This document shows positions 63,167-64,000 of a DNA stretch of 64,000 bases, in pieces. Source of the stretch: Octopus vulgaris. Its lineage: Eukaryota. The notes below the pieces were generated by a model that was not told where the DNA came from, did no database searches, and saw only the letters and a list, made by a program, of their open reading frames with translations. The stretch is from the NCBI GenBank assembly GCA_951406725.2, contig OX597833.1, positions 22,010,001 to 22,074,000 of the forward strand, given 5' to 3'. The position numbers and the translations under genes are program-made. Positions within the stretch are counted from its first letter, which is position 1. Each line of letters opens with the position of its first letter.

Positions 63167-64000
63167 TTGTGTGTATATGTGTTGGTGTGTGTGTGTGTGC
63201 ATGTGTATGTGTGTGTGTGTATGTGTATCTCTCTATATATACATATCTATAAATACACAGGCACATATGCATACATACTTAATGTTGACCATGATTTTTA
63301 TTGATTTCATAATGTGTGTTGTTGTTATTCTTGTTGTCTGTTATAGTTTAGCCAACATGGTTGATTATTGACTTTGGTTAACAGGACAGATAAATAACCG
63401 ATTTTTAACACCCTAACATTGGCACCCTATAATACTTTGCATACCATAAATCTGGTTCAGTTTGGGAGAGGAAAGGCATGGGTGGAGTGGAGGGGATAAC
63501 ACAGCAAGAATGCATTGTCCTTTGAATCAATGCTAGTTTGATGCCAGACAAAAGGACAATCAGGAAAGTGTTGACCTCAGATGGATCTGACCTTTGGAAG
63601 TGAAGAGCCATAGGCATGATTATGTGGTTAAGGAAGGTCACTTTACAACTACTGTGATTTGAACTTGGAACACAAAAGCATTGGCATGATGCATTGTGTT
63701 CTGAGTTCAAATCGCACCAAAGTCAGCTTTGGCTTTCATCCTTTTGAAGCTTCATAAAGAAATTGTCTGTCCAGGGCAGTGGATAGGCAAAATTGTGAAA
63801 ATGTTAGACAGAATGCCTGGTGGTGTTTGTTCTGAATTTCTGTATTCTCAGTCTGAGTCCCTCCTCTGGCTATTAGGTATGGGAAAAAGGTGAGATTTCT
63901 ATCAGGAATTGCAACTGATAGATAATATCAGCAATTGAAAACAAAAAAAAAGCAAAAAAAAATATAACAACTAAACAATAAAATCATAATTAAAATAATT

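Overview
AT-rich eukaryotic DNA dominated by repeats. The tRNA-derived SINE families and dense (TA/CA/ATC/AAT/CTAT)n microsatellites look like an Octopus (cephalopod) genome; this is inferred from repeat recognition, not a database search. No intact protein-coding gene is present, and most ORF-track entries are translations of microsatellites or SINEs. Two small phase-compatible candidate exons (282-340 and 10564-10607, + strand) suggest the window is largely intronic. Recognisable content: at least four SINE families (several copies with clear TSDs), decayed mariner/Tc1, hAT and hATm-like transposons, MITEs, a non-autonomous Helitron, and RTE and R4/Dong LINE remnants. The most striking signal is a dozen or more type I hammerhead ribozyme (HHR) motifs from unrelated sequence families, some intact and some decayed. 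Several sit in fold-back (palindromic or inverted-repeat) elements with the ribozyme reading outward from the centre. These include a G3-C8 core-covariant HHR in a palindrome flanked by a 12-bp TSD (4887-5230), a near-perfect ~660-bp palindrome (46601-47259) and an intact long-stem-II HHR (53975-54085). They resemble non-autonomous Penelope-like/retrozyme elements. There is also a 147-bp tandem array chimeric between a tRNA-Phe fragment and a SINE tail (~57080-57670). Coordinates were counted by eye and may be off by a few bases.
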